DNA from: Phoronis australis
Taxonomy: Eukaryota > Animalia > Phoronida
Length of the DNA: 37,315 nt
Direction of reading: 5' to 3'
NCBI GenBank assembly: GCA_002633005.1
Contig: NMRA01001058.1
Coordinates: forward strand, 24,930-62,244
Part shown: positions 35,015 to 37,315 of the stretch, in pieces
Layout: each line of letters starts with the position of its first letter
Numbering within the stretch: position 1 is the stretch's first letter
Program-made: the position numbers and the translations under genes
The notes under the pieces: generated by a model
Told to the model about the DNA's origin: nothing
The model's input: only the letters and a program-made list of their open reading frames with translations
The model's database searches: none

Positions 35015-36338
35015 TATGGTAGACCACAAGACACTTAATCTTCTTTAGCTGGATCTGCTCGCTTAGCTTCACAGGCAAATAATCCATGTTTTGTGACTAC
35101 AAGCGCGCATTTCTGAGCTCAGATAACTGAATTCATAGGTTCATGAGCTGCAGTTCGTAAGTGCGTACGTTGCGTTGTCTGGGTAGCCTTCCTTATCCAA
35201 CGATTGTTGAAGGCACACTCTGCAATTAAAGACAAAAAAATTTAATAACAGATGGGTAAAAGCTATCAGTATAAGACAACTTAACTTGCTGGATATTTAT
35301 CGTGCTGTTTATACAACGCTGATTTGTAAAACTTTCTGACTTATATACAGAGCCTAGAAAATAGTCTTCAAACTCAAAATTTAGCCAATCACTCTCCAGG
35401 ATTCAAGTGCAAGACTAGTCTGCACGTTTACTTCAAGCATGCACTGCAGTGGGTCAGTTTTCCACATAGTGTTTTGAATGAAGTTTTAATTCTGGATTCG
35501 CGACATTCAAAACAATTTTATTCTATACAACTTGAATACAAAACATGCACATGGTCACCTATCATGCTATCACAATCTAGAACAAACCGTACATATGACA
35601 AAACTTAATGTGTTAATAAAAGTTGGATTTCAGGCTAACAAGGTATCGTATCCTGTAACTTTTTAGTTCAAGTTCTATGACAAATTAATTAATATTTTTA
35701 TCAAATGATGAAACTGTTGGCAACTGCAATAAACTACAATTCCCATTATTTTAATGAACTTTTCATTTTTTAATTCGTTAATCTGATATGAAAATGCACA
35801 ACTCTACATAATGAGCAGAGCTAGTTGTATTCTAACTAGCTGTCTCCAGCCAGCATAGAACTTCTTACTAATGTTTCATGGACATTTAGCCGGCACAACC
35901 AGGGGTAGAACTGAAAGTTTAATCTCACATGTATACTTTCGCGTGTACTTTTTGAAACTTATAGCAAAACCAAGAAGCTTTACATTGACTTGACCAAATG
36001 GCCACAAGAATCAGTGAGCTTGTTAAAGATTATAAGCCCATTGGCTAAACCAAGGACATATTTCATACTGTATCAAATTCAAACCCTGATAGCAGCACTA
36101 TTTTTAACTCAACACTGAAACATATGAAGCTCTACCTGCCATGTGGATGTAGACAGCCCAATACCACCCCTGGGTGATTGTTTCGATGCAAATGTTTGGA
36201 CGTATAGTTCTTCCAATTACTCCGCCAAGTTAATAGAGACCTGAAAACAAGGAGATATTAGCAAACATAACAGTATGTGATAGCTTCTTAAGAATCCAGA
36301 CATAACCCATTTACAGGGAATGCTATCCATGTAAAGAT

Positions 36339-36549
36339 CAGGGGCGGTCGGGCGGATCCAGGATTTTGAGTTGGGGGGCTAGGTCAGAGTAGGGTTTTGC
36401 CCATCAGACATTCACCCCTGCCCCCCCCCCAACTGCCAATTGATCTTGTAGCGTTTTAGGGGGCCGGGGCCATGGCCTCTTAGCTGTCCTCTGAATAGTT
36501 TTAGGGGGCCGGGGCCACGGCCTCTTAGCTGTCCTCTGAATCCACCATG
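36339..36549 (+). mobile_element. Short GC-rich MITE-like repeat, second copy, with an internal 45-bp tandem duplication
   Basis: CAGGGGCGG...GGATCCAGGATTTTGAGTT...GAATCCACCATG; 36453-36497 is duplicated at 36498-36541. Confidence 0.75.
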
Positions 36550-37315
36550 AAGATACTGGCATGGTCTTCACGAGAGGTCTTATGTAACCATAATACTTTA
36601 CAGTAAAAATAAAATTATTATCTCATGTACTACAGTAAACATATAAATACTATATCTTGTACTCCGAATCCTACCAATCACTTTACTGGCTGACATTTGC
36701 AAAGATATTAAATTGAGGTTCCAAGCAAATTTCTAGAGGGAAAAGAATATGCCCCTAGAGACATGGGGAGTCAGTCCATATTCAACTCAACTCAACTCCT
36801 AGGTAAAGTTGTACCCAGATTAACTATCACTTTCACCATGACACTGAAATATTTGATTTCAATAAAACCAGTCGAACTCGCATTGAATGTGAAAATTTTA
36901 AGTGCGACATTCTAGTATCCCACAACCCGGTAAAAATTCGAAAGCACATACTCAATCACAAAGTCAAATCACACAGATTTTCCTTATTTGCATTGAATTA
37001 TTTGGTGCAATTAGATAGGAATTATGCAAGTTTCACTGTGCGTAACAATATTTAACATGTTGACAGGTGAGAGTTCACTTGGGTACATTGTGACCTATGC
37101 CGGGGGGTATTCCAGATAGGGTACTAGTAGTGGGATCGGAATGTCCTTTCGCATTCAATAACCTAGATCCTCCCGACAAACCTGAGCAAATCAGTCAAAA
37201 TAGGCAATACAATAGTTACCGTAATCGTTCGGGTTAACGCCCTGGGCGGTACATTGGTGATTCTTAATTTTGAGAACCAGGCACATGCGCGCACCCAGGG
37301 GAGGCTCGAACGAGC

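Overview
Eukaryotic, AT-rich, intron-containing DNA, most likely from a marine invertebrate (inferred from repeat types; species not determinable). The left third (1-13.3 kb) holds part of a minus-strand gene built from tandemly duplicated, symmetric phase-1 Sushi/CCP exons. Five exons are intact (186-189 nt), one is a dead paralog, and one is a chimeric exon produced by a deletion. The introns carry Helentron-type HINE elements, one with a ~150-bp-spaced array of CTCF-like motifs. The rest of the window has no recognisable host exon and is mostly decayed transposons. It includes a three-level nested insertion whose junctions can all be read: a Harbinger-like MITE contains a ~1.4-kb TIR element, which contains a 9.0-kb element with ~290-bp TIRs, a 9-bp TSD and AcademH-like features. 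There are also two Kolobok copies (THAP remnant plus P2X7-ballast-like Cys-rich remnant), hAT, BEL/Pao-like and maT (DD37D) remnants, several MITEs and a palindromic AAAACTTAAGTTTT foldback array. All family assignments come from manual reading and recalled family features, not from database searches.
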